A stretch of DNA of 64,000 bases from Candidatus Woesearchaeota archaeon (GCA_964651965.1 CAZYZS010000006.1:42-64041), one strand, 5' to 3'. Positions 8,510 to 17,667 are shown, numbered from the stretch's first letter. Numbers and translations: made by a program. The notes: generated from the letters alone by a model not told the origin.

Positions 8510-11080
8510 CTATTTTATCTTTACTTTAATTATTTCTAATAAAATGAATGCAGTTATGCACAATCCAATTATCTTTGCCCAGTCTATTAAACCTAAGAAA
8601 GTGAATTTAAAGAAGGTGTTTAATGGCGTGTAGAGAATTGCAAGATGAAGCAGCATGGATAGAGCTATTGCATAAAATACATATCTGTTTAATTTGAATT
8701 TGTAAAATGGCTTTTTTGTCCTGCAATTTAATACCAGAAACATCTGGAATAAGACAGAAGTTGTTACAGCCATTGTCCTTGCTTTATCTATGTTATCAAT
8801 GTAATAATAAAAAGCAATAAAGCATATTAAAAATGCAAGTATTCCGGCCGTTATTATAAACAACATTGAACCTTTTAAAATAGATTCTTTTGCAGGGGTT
8901 CTTTTCATTACATCTTCTTCTGCTTCTTCTCTTGAAAGTGCAACAGCGGGGAAACTGTCTGTAATTAGGTTAATCCAGAGAATCTGCAATGGAAGCATGG
9001 GCAGCAATTCAGGATTTCTGAAAGCGAACATTACAAATAAGATAAGCAGAATTTCGTTGGTATTTGCAGAGAGCATGTATTTGATGAATTTTTTTATGTT
9101 ATCATAAACTCTTCTTCCTTCTCTTACTGCCTTGACAATTGAGGCAAAATTATTGTCTAAAAGTATTATGTCAGAAGAGTCTTTTGCAACATCACTTCCC
9201 CTTCCTACTGCTATTCCAATATCTGCTTTTTTCAGCATAAGAGCATCATTAACCCCATCCCCTGTGACAGCTACTATTTCTCCATTTTTTTTCAGTATTT
9301 CAACAATCCTCAGTTTATCTTCTGGGCTGACCCTTGCAAAAATAAAGGTGGTTTTAAGAGCTTCGCTTAATTCTGAGTCTGACATTTTCCCTAGCTGAGA
9401 AGCTTCAATGACTTCTCCTCTTAATCCGATTTCCTCGCCAACTGCTTTTGCAGTTACTGCAGAGTCTCCTGTTATCATGACAATTTTTATTCCAGCTTCT
9501 TCACATTGCTGGACAGCCAGTTTTACTTCTGGGCGCGGAGGGTCAATCATTCCCTGGAGCCCTACAAATATAAGATTTCTTTCCGCATTCTCTTCATTTA
9601 TTTCTTTTGCTTGTTTAGTAAGTATTTTGTAGGAAAAAGCAAGAACTCTCATTCCTTCTGAGGCAAGTGTTTCATATTCAGCTATTAATTCTTCTTTTCT
9701 TTTTTCATTAATCTTTCTTATCTTTCCGTTATAAAATTCAGCTTCGCATCTTTTTATAATAACTTCTGGAGCTCCTTTTACATAACTGATATAATTTCCT
9801 TTGTTGAGCCTTATTATTGACATCATTTTTCTGTCTGAAGAAAATGGAAATTCTTTTACTCTGGGCTGTTTTTCTGTTTCCTGTTTTTTATCTAAGCCAT
9901 AGTTTTTGGCTGCAGAGAGCAGGGCTTTTTCAGTTGGGTCACCTATTAGATATTCTTCTCTATCTTTTTCTTCTACTCTAGCGTTATTGCATAAAATGCC
10001 CACTTTATACAAGAACTCTGCCTGATTTTCTTTCAGCTTGCTGCTTATTTTTCCGTTTACAAATATTTTTCTCACTTTCATTTTTTCTTCTGTAATTGTT
10101 CCTGTCTTGTCTGTGCAGATATAAGTTGCTCTTCCAAGAGTCTCTGCTGCAGGCAGCTTTCTTATAAGGCTTTTTACTTTTAGCATTCTTTGGGTTGCCA
10201 GAGCAAGAGAGATAGTTATCACAGCGGGCAGGCCTTCTGGAATTGCAGAAACTGCAAGACTTACTGAGGTCATGAACATTTCCAGGGCTTCAAATCCAAT
10301 AAGAATGCCAAGGAATGTTATGGCTACTATAAGAAAAATTGCAAGGAATCCAAGTATCTTTGCAAAGTGATTTATTTTTTCTTTTAAAGGATTTTCTTCT
10401 GGCTGGACTTTTTGCACCATTTCAGCTATTTTTCCAAACTCGGTTCTCATTCCAGTGGCTATGACGATTGCTTTTCCTTTTCCTTTTACTATTTGAGTTC
10501 CTTGATAGAGCAGATTTGTTCTGTCTGCTAGGTCTGTTCTTTCTTTTAATATGCCCGGCATTTTGTCTTCAGGTACGCTTTCTCCAGTAAGCGAGGCTTC
10601 ATTTACCTGCAGGCTTTCTGAAGAAATAATCCGGCAGTCAGCTGAAATGTTATCTCCTTCTTCAAGAATTAAAATATCTCCTGGAACAAGCCCTCTTGCA
10701 TCTATTTCTTCAACTTTTCCATTCCTTATTGCTTTTGCCTTTGGGACAAGCATCTCTTTAAGCTTTTCAATTGCTCTTTCTGCTTTGTATTCTTGATTAA
10801 ATCCAAGGAAACTGTTTATTACTATAACTACTAAGATGACAATAGCATCTGTTGCTTCCCCTGCAATTGCCGAGATAATTGCAGCTATAATGAGTATTAT
10901 AATAAGAAAAGAGGTAAACTGACTAAGTAAAATTTTGAAGGCATTTAATCTCCTTATTTTTTTGAGCTCATTATAACCATAAAGCCCAAGCCTTTTTTCT
11001 GCTTCTCCGCTTGTCAGCCCATTTTTATCGGTTTTTAGCTGCTTAAATAGCTCTTCCTCTTTTATTGCATGGAAATCCAT
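8510..11080 (-). CDS. P-type cation ATPase, type IIA-like (Ca2+/cation)
   Basis: 856 aa: SLTGESVPE, ICTDKTGTITEE, AIPEGLPAVITISLA, MITGDSAVTA, VTGDGVNDALMLKKADIGIAVG; 8-10 TM segments. Confidence 0.9.
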   Translation of the reverse strand: MDFHAIKEEELFKQLKTDKNGLTSGEAEKRLGLYGYNELKKIRRLNAFKILLSQFTSFLIIILIIAAIISAIAGEATDAIVILVVIVINSFLGFNQEYKAERAIEKLKEMLVPKAKAIRNGKVEEIDARGLVPGDILILEEGDNISADCRIISSESLQVNEASLTGESVPEDKMPGILKERTDLADRTNLLYQGTQIVKGKGKAIVIATGMRTEFGKIAEMVQKVQPEENPLKEKINHFAKILGFLAIFLIVAITFLGILIGFEALEMFMTSVSLAVSAIPEGLPAVITISLALATQRMLKVKSLIRKLPAAETLGRATYICTDKTGTITEEKMKVRKIFVNGKISSKLKENQAEFLYKVGILCNNARVEEKDREEYLIGDPTEKALLSAAKNYGLDKKQETEKQPRVKEFPFSSDRKMMSIIRLNKGNYISYVKGAPEVIIKRCEAEFYNGKIRKINEKRKEELIAEYETLASEGMRVLAFSYKILTKQAKEINEENAERNLIFVGLQGMIDPPRPEVKLAVQQCEEAGIKIVMITGDSAVTAKAVGEEIGLRGEVIEASQLGKMSDSELSEALKTTFIFARVSPEDKLRIVEILKKNGEIVAVTGDGVNDALMLKKADIGIAVGRGSDVAKDSSDIILLDNNFASIVKAVREGRRVYDNIKKFIKYMLSANTNEILLILFVMFAFRNPELLPMLPLQILWINLITDSFPAVALSREEAEEDVMKRTPAKESILKGSMLFIITAGILAFLICFIAFYYYIDNIDKARTMAVTTSVLFQMFLVLNCRTKKPFYKFKLNRYVFYAIALSMLLHLAILYTPLNTFFKFTFLGLIDWAKIIGLCITAFILLEIIKVKIK

Positions 11081-11114
11081 TATACAAATAAGAATTAGGG
11101 GTATAAAAAAGTTA

Positions 11115-11543
11115 TTAGATTGTTTGTTTGAACAAATCTAAACATTGATCTCTTAAAAATTCTTTTTTGATGCTGATTTTATTTCCGCTCTTTTCATTTA
11201 ACTCATCTATTTCAATATCTATCTCTTCTGAACCAAAGGCAATAGAATCTTTTAATGTTGCCCCATAAACAATTTCAGGAACATGAGTTATCCATGCCAT
11301 GTAAAAGCACATAGGACAAGGCTCGCATGTGGAGTATAAAGTGCATCCTTCTAAATATTTGCTGTTCAGCTTTTTAGTTGCTTTCAAAATTGCCTTGGTT
11401 TCTGCATGAAATCTTGCATCTCCGGGCGGGCTCTTTCCAGCTTTAGCTATTATTTTGCTGTCTTTTACAACAACTGCCCCATAATGCAAGCCATACTTTT
11501 TAGCATCTTTTATTGCTTCAAGCATAAATTTCTCTTCTTCCAT
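11115..11543 (-). CDS. CMP/dCMP-type zinc deaminase (TadA/guanine-deaminase-like)
   Basis: 142 aa with HAETKAI and CEPCPMC zinc-binding motifs. Confidence 0.8.
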   Translation of the reverse strand: MEEEKFMLEAIKDAKKYGLHYGAVVVKDSKIIAKAGKSPPGDARFHAETKAILKATKKLNSKYLEGCTLYSTCEPCPMCFYMAWITHVPEIVYGATLKDSIAFGSEEIDIEIDELNEKSGNKISIKKEFLRDQCLDLFKQTI

Positions 11544-11598
11544 GTAAAATACAAGAAAAATAGGTTTAAGAATTTTGGGTTTCGCAATTCTCCATAAT

Positions 11599-11606
11599 TT
11601 TATAAA
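11599..11606 (+). promoter_or_regulatory. TATA box TTTATAAA, 22 nt upstream of ATG 11629 (leaderless spacing)
   Basis: Read directly. The same 21-22 nt TATA-to-ATG gap recurs at 15540, 22547, 39221 and 63005. Confidence 0.4.
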
Positions 11607-11628
11607 CTCTATATTCTTTTTCTTATTA

Positions 11629-12429
11629 ATGGTTAAAAAAAAGAAGCAATCACTTGCATGGAGAGCATTTAAACTTCCTTTTATTGGAATTGGAAAGCTG
11701 GCAGCATATACTTATAGGAAGAGCAGGGAGGGAATGAAAAATGCAAAGGAACAAAGAAAGCTTGATAAGTCAGAAGTCTATCGTACAGAGCCTGTTTTTG
11801 AGGAATTTAAAATTATTAAAGAAATAATAGGAGATTATTCTTATACTGAAAAAAGGCTTTTTGAAGATTCTTTAATTGTCTTGATTTTTGGCAAAAGAGG
11901 AAGCGGCAAGAGTGCATTGGGATTTAAATTACTGGAAAATATTCACAGCAGAACAGGAAGGAAATGCTATGCTCTTGATATCCAGCAGGAAAAAATGCCT
12001 GCTTGGATTAAAAGCATAGATGATATCGAAAAAGTGCCTAACGGGGGAGTTATCTTGATTGATGAGGGGGCTATTTCTTTTGGCTCTAGAGACTCTATGT
12101 CATCGAAGAATAAAGAATTAAGCAAGCTGCTTGCTATAGCTAGGCATAAAAATCTTACCTTAATATTTGTAACACAAAATACAGGGCTCATTGATAAAAA
12201 TGTTCTTGCGCTTACTGATACGCTTCTGATAAAAGAAGGAAGCTTGCTTCAGATGGAAATGGAGAGAAAAGAGGTAAGGAAGTTTTATGACAAAGCAAAT
12301 GATTTCCTTAAATTTGTTAAAGGAGACAAAAGAAAATACCTTTACCTTATTGATTCGGATTTTGAAGGCGTTTTAACACATTCTCTTCCAAGCTTTTGGA
12401 CAACTGGGCTGTCTAAGAATCAGGGATAA
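11629..12429 (+). CDS. small P-loop NTPase (Zot / FtsK-HerA-like fold suspected)
   Basis: Track ORF starts at a TTG (11575). I prefer ATG 11629 (MVKKKKQS...) because of the TATA box upstream. Walker A LIFGKRGSGKSALG, Walker B GGVILIDEGA, then AIARHKNLTLIFVTQN (RH...TQ as in small phage/virus assembly ATPases). Confidence 0.6.
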   Translation: MVKKKKQSLAWRAFKLPFIGIGKLAAYTYRKSREGMKNAKEQRKLDKSEVYRTEPVFEEFKIIKEIIGDYSYTEKRLFEDSLIVLIFGKRGSGKSALGFKLLENIHSRTGRKCYALDIQQEKMPAWIKSIDDIEKVPNGGVILIDEGAISFGSRDSMSSKNKELSKLLAIARHKNLTLIFVTQNTGLIDKNVLALTDTLLIKEGSLLQMEMERKEVRKFYDKANDFLKFVKGDKRKYLYLIDSDFEGVLTHSLPSFWTTGLSKNQG

Positions 12430-13848
12430 CTAGTTATTAGATTCCTCTAAATATTTTTCTTTCCAGATTGGCTTTGTTTTTTCTTCTAATTCTTTATCAA
12501 ATTCGTCTAGTGTCTTCTCGTAATCTTTTGATTTCAAAGCTTCTGCTGCAGGGGCATCTTCTGGTTTAGCGTCTTTTGTTAAAATATTATCCTTGAAATT
12601 CTTATAGTGGTCTCTTATTGAACAAGGCATTAGCCAGTTATCAGGGCTATGTATGTGGGATAAGCCATAATCTTCCTGCCATTTTCTCCCGTTTTTGAAG
12701 AATTCTGAATTAAGAGCGTCTGCAAGTTTTTTGCCTTGCTTGTGCAGTTCTAAGATATTGTCAACATAATAGGGAACAAAAACGCATGGCATTATGTTAC
12801 CATTCCAGTCTACATATAAGTAGCCTCCACTTCTTCCATAAGCAATGCATCCATCAGATAAAACTCCGGAATTCCAGAAATCTGCAAGTGCATAGCCTTT
12901 TTCTAACATCTTCTCCCATATTTTATAAAGTTCTACTCGCTGTTCAGGAGTTATCATTAATTCTTTCATGTCTTTTGCCTTTCCTATTGGCATTAGCTGG
13001 AACTCCCACATATAAGAAGCGCCCTGTTCCTCGAATAAAAACTTGTAGAAATTTTCATCTAAAAGCGTATTTATATTTTTGCTTGTTGCAGTTATAGAAA
13101 CGCCAAATGACACGCCTGCTTCTCTTAGGTTTTGGAAGGCTTCAAGAATTTTTTTGTAGATACCTTTTCCTCTTCTTTCATCTGTTTCTTTTTCCCCGCC
13201 TTCTATTGAAATTGCAGGAGTTACATTTCCAAGTTCAGCAAACTTTTTTGCAATTTCTTTTGTTATCAATGTGCTATTAGTGTAAAAAAGGAAAAACATT
13301 TCAGGATATTTTCTCCAGATATCGAATAGAGTTTTGTCTCCATCTTTATATAATAAAGGCTCTCCGCCTGAAATCGTCATAAAACGATTCCCCCATTCGT
13401 TATATACCTCCTCGCAAATCTTATCTACTGTTTCAAAAGGAAGGGTTGGGCAATTTTCATGGGAGGAAGCATAACATCCTTCGCACTTTAAATTGCATTT
13501 TTGCGTAGGAGAAAGAACAATAAAACTAGGAGGGAGTATACCGTACTTTTCTTTGAATTTATCCTTTTTTTCTTTATTTAGGTCTTGGTCTGTAAAACCA
13601 TACTTCACTAAAGTATCCATCACCCTATCAATGAAGTGGTTAGAAACATAACCCTTGTCTAGATTCCTTTTAGTAGATTCTAACAAAGCGACTAAGAAAT
13701 GATATTTTTTTAGCTGAACCGCTTTTGGGGACGTGGTGTTATCTTCTACCACTGCTTTATATATTTTCTTCTTGTAATTTTCTAGCAGGGCATCCCTTCC
13801 TACTTTTGTATGTAACACCTGTTTTAATATAGTTAAATATATTGACAT
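12430..13848 (-). CDS. radical SAM enzyme with C-terminal SPASM/twitch-like Cys-rich domain
   Basis: 472 aa: PTQKCNLKCEGCY (CxxxCxxC), ISGGEPL; C-terminal CIAYGRSGGYLYVDWNGNIMPCVFVP and LMPCSIRDH; ~110-aa helical N-terminal extension. Confidence 0.8.
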   Translation of the reverse strand: MSIYLTILKQVLHTKVGRDALLENYKKKIYKAVVEDNTTSPKAVQLKKYHFLVALLESTKRNLDKGYVSNHFIDRVMDTLVKYGFTDQDLNKEKKDKFKEKYGILPPSFIVLSPTQKCNLKCEGCYASSHENCPTLPFETVDKICEEVYNEWGNRFMTISGGEPLLYKDGDKTLFDIWRKYPEMFFLFYTNSTLITKEIAKKFAELGNVTPAISIEGGEKETDERRGKGIYKKILEAFQNLREAGVSFGVSITATSKNINTLLDENFYKFLFEEQGASYMWEFQLMPIGKAKDMKELMITPEQRVELYKIWEKMLEKGYALADFWNSGVLSDGCIAYGRSGGYLYVDWNGNIMPCVFVPYYVDNILELHKQGKKLADALNSEFFKNGRKWQEDYGLSHIHSPDNWLMPCSIRDHYKNFKDNILTKDAKPEDAPAAEALKSKDYEKTLDEFDKELEEKTKPIWKEKYLEESNN

Positions 13849-14011
13849 ACCTAAAAAGTAAATTATATAGAGTATAAAAATCTTGCTATTTTTGACTGGT
13901 AGAATTTATGTATAATCTGTCTATAATCTATGGATTAAGAAGTTAGGGTGGAGAATAGGGAAAACTTTATAAATTAATGTATATTTTAAGTTATATATAA
14001 AAGAGGAAAAA

Positions 14012-14272
14012 ATGAACTTAAAACCTACTTTGTGGAAAACTATACTGCCTATTGTTATCGGGTTGGTGGTTTTTATTTATTTAGCTGAAAGCTTGGGTTG
14101 TGACGGGAAGTGTTCTTACGGTACAGAGTTTAATATAGGGCTCCTTTTGGCAATAGCCATTTATCTTGTAATCAGCCTCTTCCAGAAAAAGAGGGAGAGG
14201 GGCCTGCCGAAAGAAAATAAAAAAGCAAACAGACCTAAAAGAAGGAAGAAGGCTAAAAAGAGGAAGAGATAA
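14012..14272 (+). CDS. small two-TM hairpin membrane protein with CxxxC loop and Lys/Arg tail (86 aa)
   Basis: AAAGAGG Shine-Dalgarno 6 nt upstream. TM1, loop SLGCDGKCSYG, TM2, tail KKANRPKRRKKAKKRKR. Long ORFs are unlikely by chance in AT-rich DNA. Confidence 0.55.
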   Translation: MNLKPTLWKTILPIVIGLVVFIYLAESLGCDGKCSYGTEFNIGLLLAIAIYLVISLFQKKRERGLPKENKKANRPKRRKKAKKRKR

Positions 14273-14275
14273 ACC

Positions 14276-14530
14276 ATGAACTTTAGACTTACAAAGAAGA
14301 AAACAATAGTATGTATACTATTCTTTATAGTGTCTACATTCTTAATCGATTGGATCATTGTAGCCGGGATGTTATGTGATTGTCCTTTTTCACAATTTTT
14401 GTTTCAGAGCACAATAGCCGGATTAGTATTAACAATCGTATTATTTATACTTTGGAGTTTGGCACAGGAAAATAAGAAAATAAAAAAACAACTTCCAATT
14501 AAATCCAAATCCAAAAAGAGGAAGAAATAA
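14276..14530 (+). CDS. small two-TM hairpin membrane protein with CxC loop and Lys tail (84 aa)
   Basis: Starts 3 nt after the previous stop and ends 2 nt before the gap ATG. Loop MLCDCPF; tail KSKSKKRKK, whose codons AAGAGGAAG form the SD of gap. Confidence 0.55.
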   Translation: MNFRLTKKKTIVCILFFIVSTFLIDWIIVAGMLCDCPFSQFLFQSTIAGLVLTIVLFILWSLAQENKKIKKQLPIKSKSKKRKK

Positions 14531-14532
14531 AC

Positions 14533-15522
14533 ATGAGAGTAGCAATTAACGGTTTGGGAAGGATAGGAAGACCTGTATTGAAATTATGCCTGCAGAACCG
14601 AATTAAGGTGGTGGCAGTTAATGATTTAACAAGCCCGGAGGTTCTTGCTTATTTGTTAAAGTACGATTCTATTTATGGAAGATATAATGAAAAAGTAACT
14701 TATGGAGAGAACTACATTAAAATTGGCAAGAGAAAGATAAGAGTTTATTCTGAAACTGACCCTGAGAAACTTCCGTGGGAGAGACTAAGAGTTGATGCAG
14801 TTGTCGAATCCACTGGAAAGTTTAAGATGAGAGAAGAAGCTTATAAACATATTTTGGCAGGTGCTAAGAAAGTTGTTATTTCTGCGCCTTCTCCAAATCC
14901 GGATGTCACAATTGTTCCCGGAGTTAACGATAAAGATTATAACAACGTGTATGAAATTTTTTCACTTGGTTCATGCACTACTAATTGTTTAGCGCCTGTT
15001 GCAAAGGTGTTGGATGACGAGTTTGGCATAACAAAAGGTTTTATGACAACAGCGCATGCTTATACTAATGACCAGAATATTTTGGATTTGCCGCATAAAA
15101 AACTCAGGAGGACAAGGGCGGCAGCGATTAACATAGTTCCAACAACGAGCGGGGCTACAGAATCGGTTGTTGCAGTTTTGCCTCAGTTAAAAGGAAGATT
15201 AGACGGCTTAGCTCTAAGAGTGCCTGTTGCATGCGGGAGCATAGTAGATTTTGTTTGCCAACTTCAAAATCCTGCCACTATCAAAAGAATAAACAATGCC
15301 TTTGAACGCGTTTCTAGGAAAGAGATGAAAGGAATTCTTCAATATAACGAAGACGAAATAGTTAGTTCAGATATTATAGGAAATCCCCATTCTTCTATTT
15401 TTGATTCGACATTAACACAAGTAATTGGAAAAGAGGGGCATTTAATCAAAGTACTTTCTTGGTATGACAACGAGTTCGGATATAGCAACAGAATGGTTGA
15501 TTTCTTGAAAAAACTTAGGTAA
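14533..15522 (+). CDS. gap: glyceraldehyde-3-phosphate dehydrogenase, type I (bacterial/eukaryotic class)
   Basis: MRVAINGLGRIGR, active site SLGSCTTNCLAP, WYDNEFGYSNR C-terminus. Confidence 0.9.
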   Translation: MRVAINGLGRIGRPVLKLCLQNRIKVVAVNDLTSPEVLAYLLKYDSIYGRYNEKVTYGENYIKIGKRKIRVYSETDPEKLPWERLRVDAVVESTGKFKMREEAYKHILAGAKKVVISAPSPNPDVTIVPGVNDKDYNNVYEIFSLGSCTTNCLAPVAKVLDDEFGITKGFMTTAHAYTNDQNILDLPHKKLRRTRAAAINIVPTTSGATESVVAVLPQLKGRLDGLALRVPVACGSIVDFVCQLQNPATIKRINNAFERVSRKEMKGILQYNEDEIVSSDIIGNPHSSIFDSTLTQVIGKEGHLIKVLSWYDNEFGYSNRMVDFLKKLR

Positions 15523-15535
15523 AAAAACAATAAGG
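15522..15535 (+). repeat. 14-nt intergenic motif AAAAAACAATAAGG, copy 1
   Basis: Identical 14-mer at 15991-16004. Both copies sit just after a stop codon and just upstream of a TATA box. Confidence 0.6.
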
Positions 15536-15539
15536 AACA

Positions 15540-15547
15540 TTTATATA
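15540..15547 (+). promoter_or_regulatory. TATA box TTTATATA, 21 nt upstream of ATG 15569
   Basis: Read directly; leaderless spacing. Confidence 0.4.
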
Positions 15548-15568
15548 ATTTATAGGAACCATATTCTT

Positions 15569-15988
15569 ATGGATACTTTTGAAAGAAAGTACGGGATTAA
15601 GGAAGATGAAAAAACCAAAAGGTTTCATGAAAGCAGGAGAATGTTTTGTATTTATCAAGGCAAATTAGTTATTGCAGAGCCTAACTTACCTTATTCACAT
15701 GCTGTTTGGTTTCAAAAGAATGGGTGGATGTCTGAGCAGGAGGATAACCTTATGAACGAGATTGTTAGGGGATGTATAGACAAGGAAGGAAACGTTTATT
15801 TTTATGCGGGATATGACTTCCAAATAAATAATCAGATTGAACTTATTCTTTTCAGTCACTTGAGCGAATTAGTTGAAATACTTAAATTAAGGCCAGATGC
15901 CAAAATATTTGGAGGTTCGATAAACCAAAAAGCAGGTGCAAAATGGCTTCCTAGAAAAGAGTACGGGAAGATTAAAGATAATTTATGA
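15569..15988 (+). CDS. hypothetical protein (139 aa)
   Basis: ORF plus promoter spacing; no motif I recognise. Confidence 0.5.
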   Translation: MDTFERKYGIKEDEKTKRFHESRRMFCIYQGKLVIAEPNLPYSHAVWFQKNGWMSEQEDNLMNEIVRGCIDKEGNVYFYAGYDFQINNQIELILFSHLSELVEILKLRPDAKIFGGSINQKAGAKWLPRKEYGKIKDNL

Positions 15989-15990
15989 AT

Positions 15991-16004
15991 AAAAAACAAT
16001 AAGG
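15991..16004 (+). repeat. 14-nt intergenic motif AAAAAACAATAAGG, copy 2
   Basis: Directly abuts TTTATAAT (16005-16012) upstream of trxB. Confidence 0.6.
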
Positions 16005-16054
16005 TTTATAATATATCTTTTATTCCTTATTTTATAAAAAGGTGAAGATAAAAA

Positions 16055-16972
16055 ATGCTATATGATTTAATAATTATTGGTGGCGGTCCTGCAGGCATGA
16101 CTGCTGCAATTTATGCGGCAAGGCAGAAAATAAAGTTCATGATTATAAGCATGGATGTTGGCGGGCAGATGGGCTGGAGTTCTAAAGTTGAAAATTATCC
16201 AGGAGTTCCTGATAAAAGCGGGATTGCGCTCGTTGAGAGATTCCAGAAGCATATGCAGGATTATAAAATAAAAATAAAACAGGAAGAAATCTTAAAATTA
16301 GAGAAGAATAAAAATATATGCGTTGTAAGGACAAAGAAAAATTTTTATGAGAGCAAAGCTGTGATAATTGCTGCTGGGAAAAAGCCTAGAAAATTAAATG
16401 TGCCAGGAGAAGATAAATTTACAGGGTTGGGAGTTAATTACTGTGCTGTATGCGATGCTCCGCTTTTTAAGGATAAAATCTGTGCGGTAGTTGGAGGAGG
16501 AAATTCAGGAATGGACGCTGCTTTGTTCCTTTCAAAATATGCAAAAAAGGTTTATATTTTGGAATATTTGCCCAAGTTAGGTGGAGATAACTTTCTAAGA
16601 GAAAAAGTCCTTAATGAGAAAAAGATAACAGTAATTACAGGAGCTAAGATGAAGGAGATTATTGGAAATAAAATTGTTGAAAAAATAAAATATGAGAAAG
16701 AGGGAAACGAAAATGAATTGCCTATCGATGGAGTTTTTGTTGAAATAGGGCTTATAAGCCAGTATGATTTTACAGATGTCCAGAAAAACAAGTGGGGGGA
16801 GATAATGATATTTAGAAGCACTATAAGCCATGAGGAGAATATGACTGACATACCTGGAATTTTTGCAGCAGGCGACTGTACGGACATCCCTTCTAAACAA
16901 ATAATCGTAGCAGCAGGCGAAGGTGCGAAAGCAGCTCTCGCTTCTTTTAACTATATTAACAGGTGGAAATAA
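16055..16972 (+). CDS. trxB: thioredoxin-disulfide reductase (low-Mr NTR type)
   Basis: YDLIIIGGGPAGMTAAIYAAR (FAD), redox CAVC in NYCAVCDAPLF, VVGGGNSGMD (NADPH), AAGDC. Confidence 0.9.
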   Translation: MLYDLIIIGGGPAGMTAAIYAARQKIKFMIISMDVGGQMGWSSKVENYPGVPDKSGIALVERFQKHMQDYKIKIKQEEILKLEKNKNICVVRTKKNFYESKAVIIAAGKKPRKLNVPGEDKFTGLGVNYCAVCDAPLFKDKICAVVGGGNSGMDAALFLSKYAKKVYILEYLPKLGGDNFLREKVLNEKKITVITGAKMKEIIGNKIVEKIKYEKEGNENELPIDGVFVEIGLISQYDFTDVQKNKWGEIMIFRSTISHEENMTDIPGIFAAGDCTDIPSKQIIVAAGEGAKAALASFNYINRWK

Positions 16973-16981
16973 TTTGATAAG

Positions 16982-17632
16982 ATGGACTTGTCTATTTTCT
17001 CAAGTATAACAGAATATCTAAAGGTTTTAATAACCTTTAATCTGTATCTTGGAGCCTTTTTAGCGGCCATTATAGAGACTATTTTATTTTCGTTAGTTCC
17101 AGGCGAGGTTGTAATGCCTTTGGCAGGTTACTTGGCCTCTTTGAACAATTATGGATATCTGGGTTTGCTCGGTGTTACTTTGTGTGCTACATTAGGGGCT
17201 ACAATTGGAGCAGTGCTTATTTATTACATTTCCTTAAAGCTCGGCAGGCCGGTTATTTTAAAATACGGAAAATATTTTTTTATAACTGAAGAGAAGCTTT
17301 CTAGTGCAGAAAAATGGTTTGAGAAATATGGCACAAAGGCTGTTTTTTTCGGAAGAATGGCCCCTGCAATTAGAGAGTTGGTCTCCATACCTGCAGGCTT
17401 TTCAAAAATGGATCTTAAGAAATATATTTTCTACACTTTTCTCGGAACTTTTTTATGGACTCTTTTTTTAATTTCTCTTGGATTTTTTCTTGGAGCTTAT
17501 GTTGAAACATTAAACCTATCTGGGATATTTGAGAAAACTGGTGTTTTTATAATTCTGCTCATTGCAGTTTATATTATTTTTAAAATACTTAACAAGAAAT
17601 TTAAAAAGAAACAGCTAAGTGCCATCCAATAG
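16982..17632 (+). CDS. DedA/SNARE-associated family membrane protein
   Basis: 216 aa, multi-TM, FFGRMAPAIRELVSIPAG signature. Confidence 0.8.
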   Translation: MDLSIFSSITEYLKVLITFNLYLGAFLAAIIETILFSLVPGEVVMPLAGYLASLNNYGYLGLLGVTLCATLGATIGAVLIYYISLKLGRPVILKYGKYFFITEEKLSSAEKWFEKYGTKAVFFGRMAPAIRELVSIPAGFSKMDLKKYIFYTFLGTFLWTLFLISLGFFLGAYVETLNLSGIFEKTGVFIILLIAVYIIFKILNKKFKKKQLSAIQ

Positions 17633-17667
17633 GTTTAAAAGGCATTTTTTCTTAAATTGTAATAAAG

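Noticed and set aside
11575-11628. TTG-initiated N-terminal extension of the P-loop ATPase ORF
   Set aside because: The extension would cover the TATA box at 11599-11606. ATG 11629 has the same 22-nt TATA spacing seen at other leaderless genes.
13905-13930. Direct repeat TATAATCT-GTC-TATAATCT in the radical SAM upstream region
   Set aside because: An 8-nt AT-rich repeat is expected by chance at this base composition, and there is no associated symmetry or conserved spacing.
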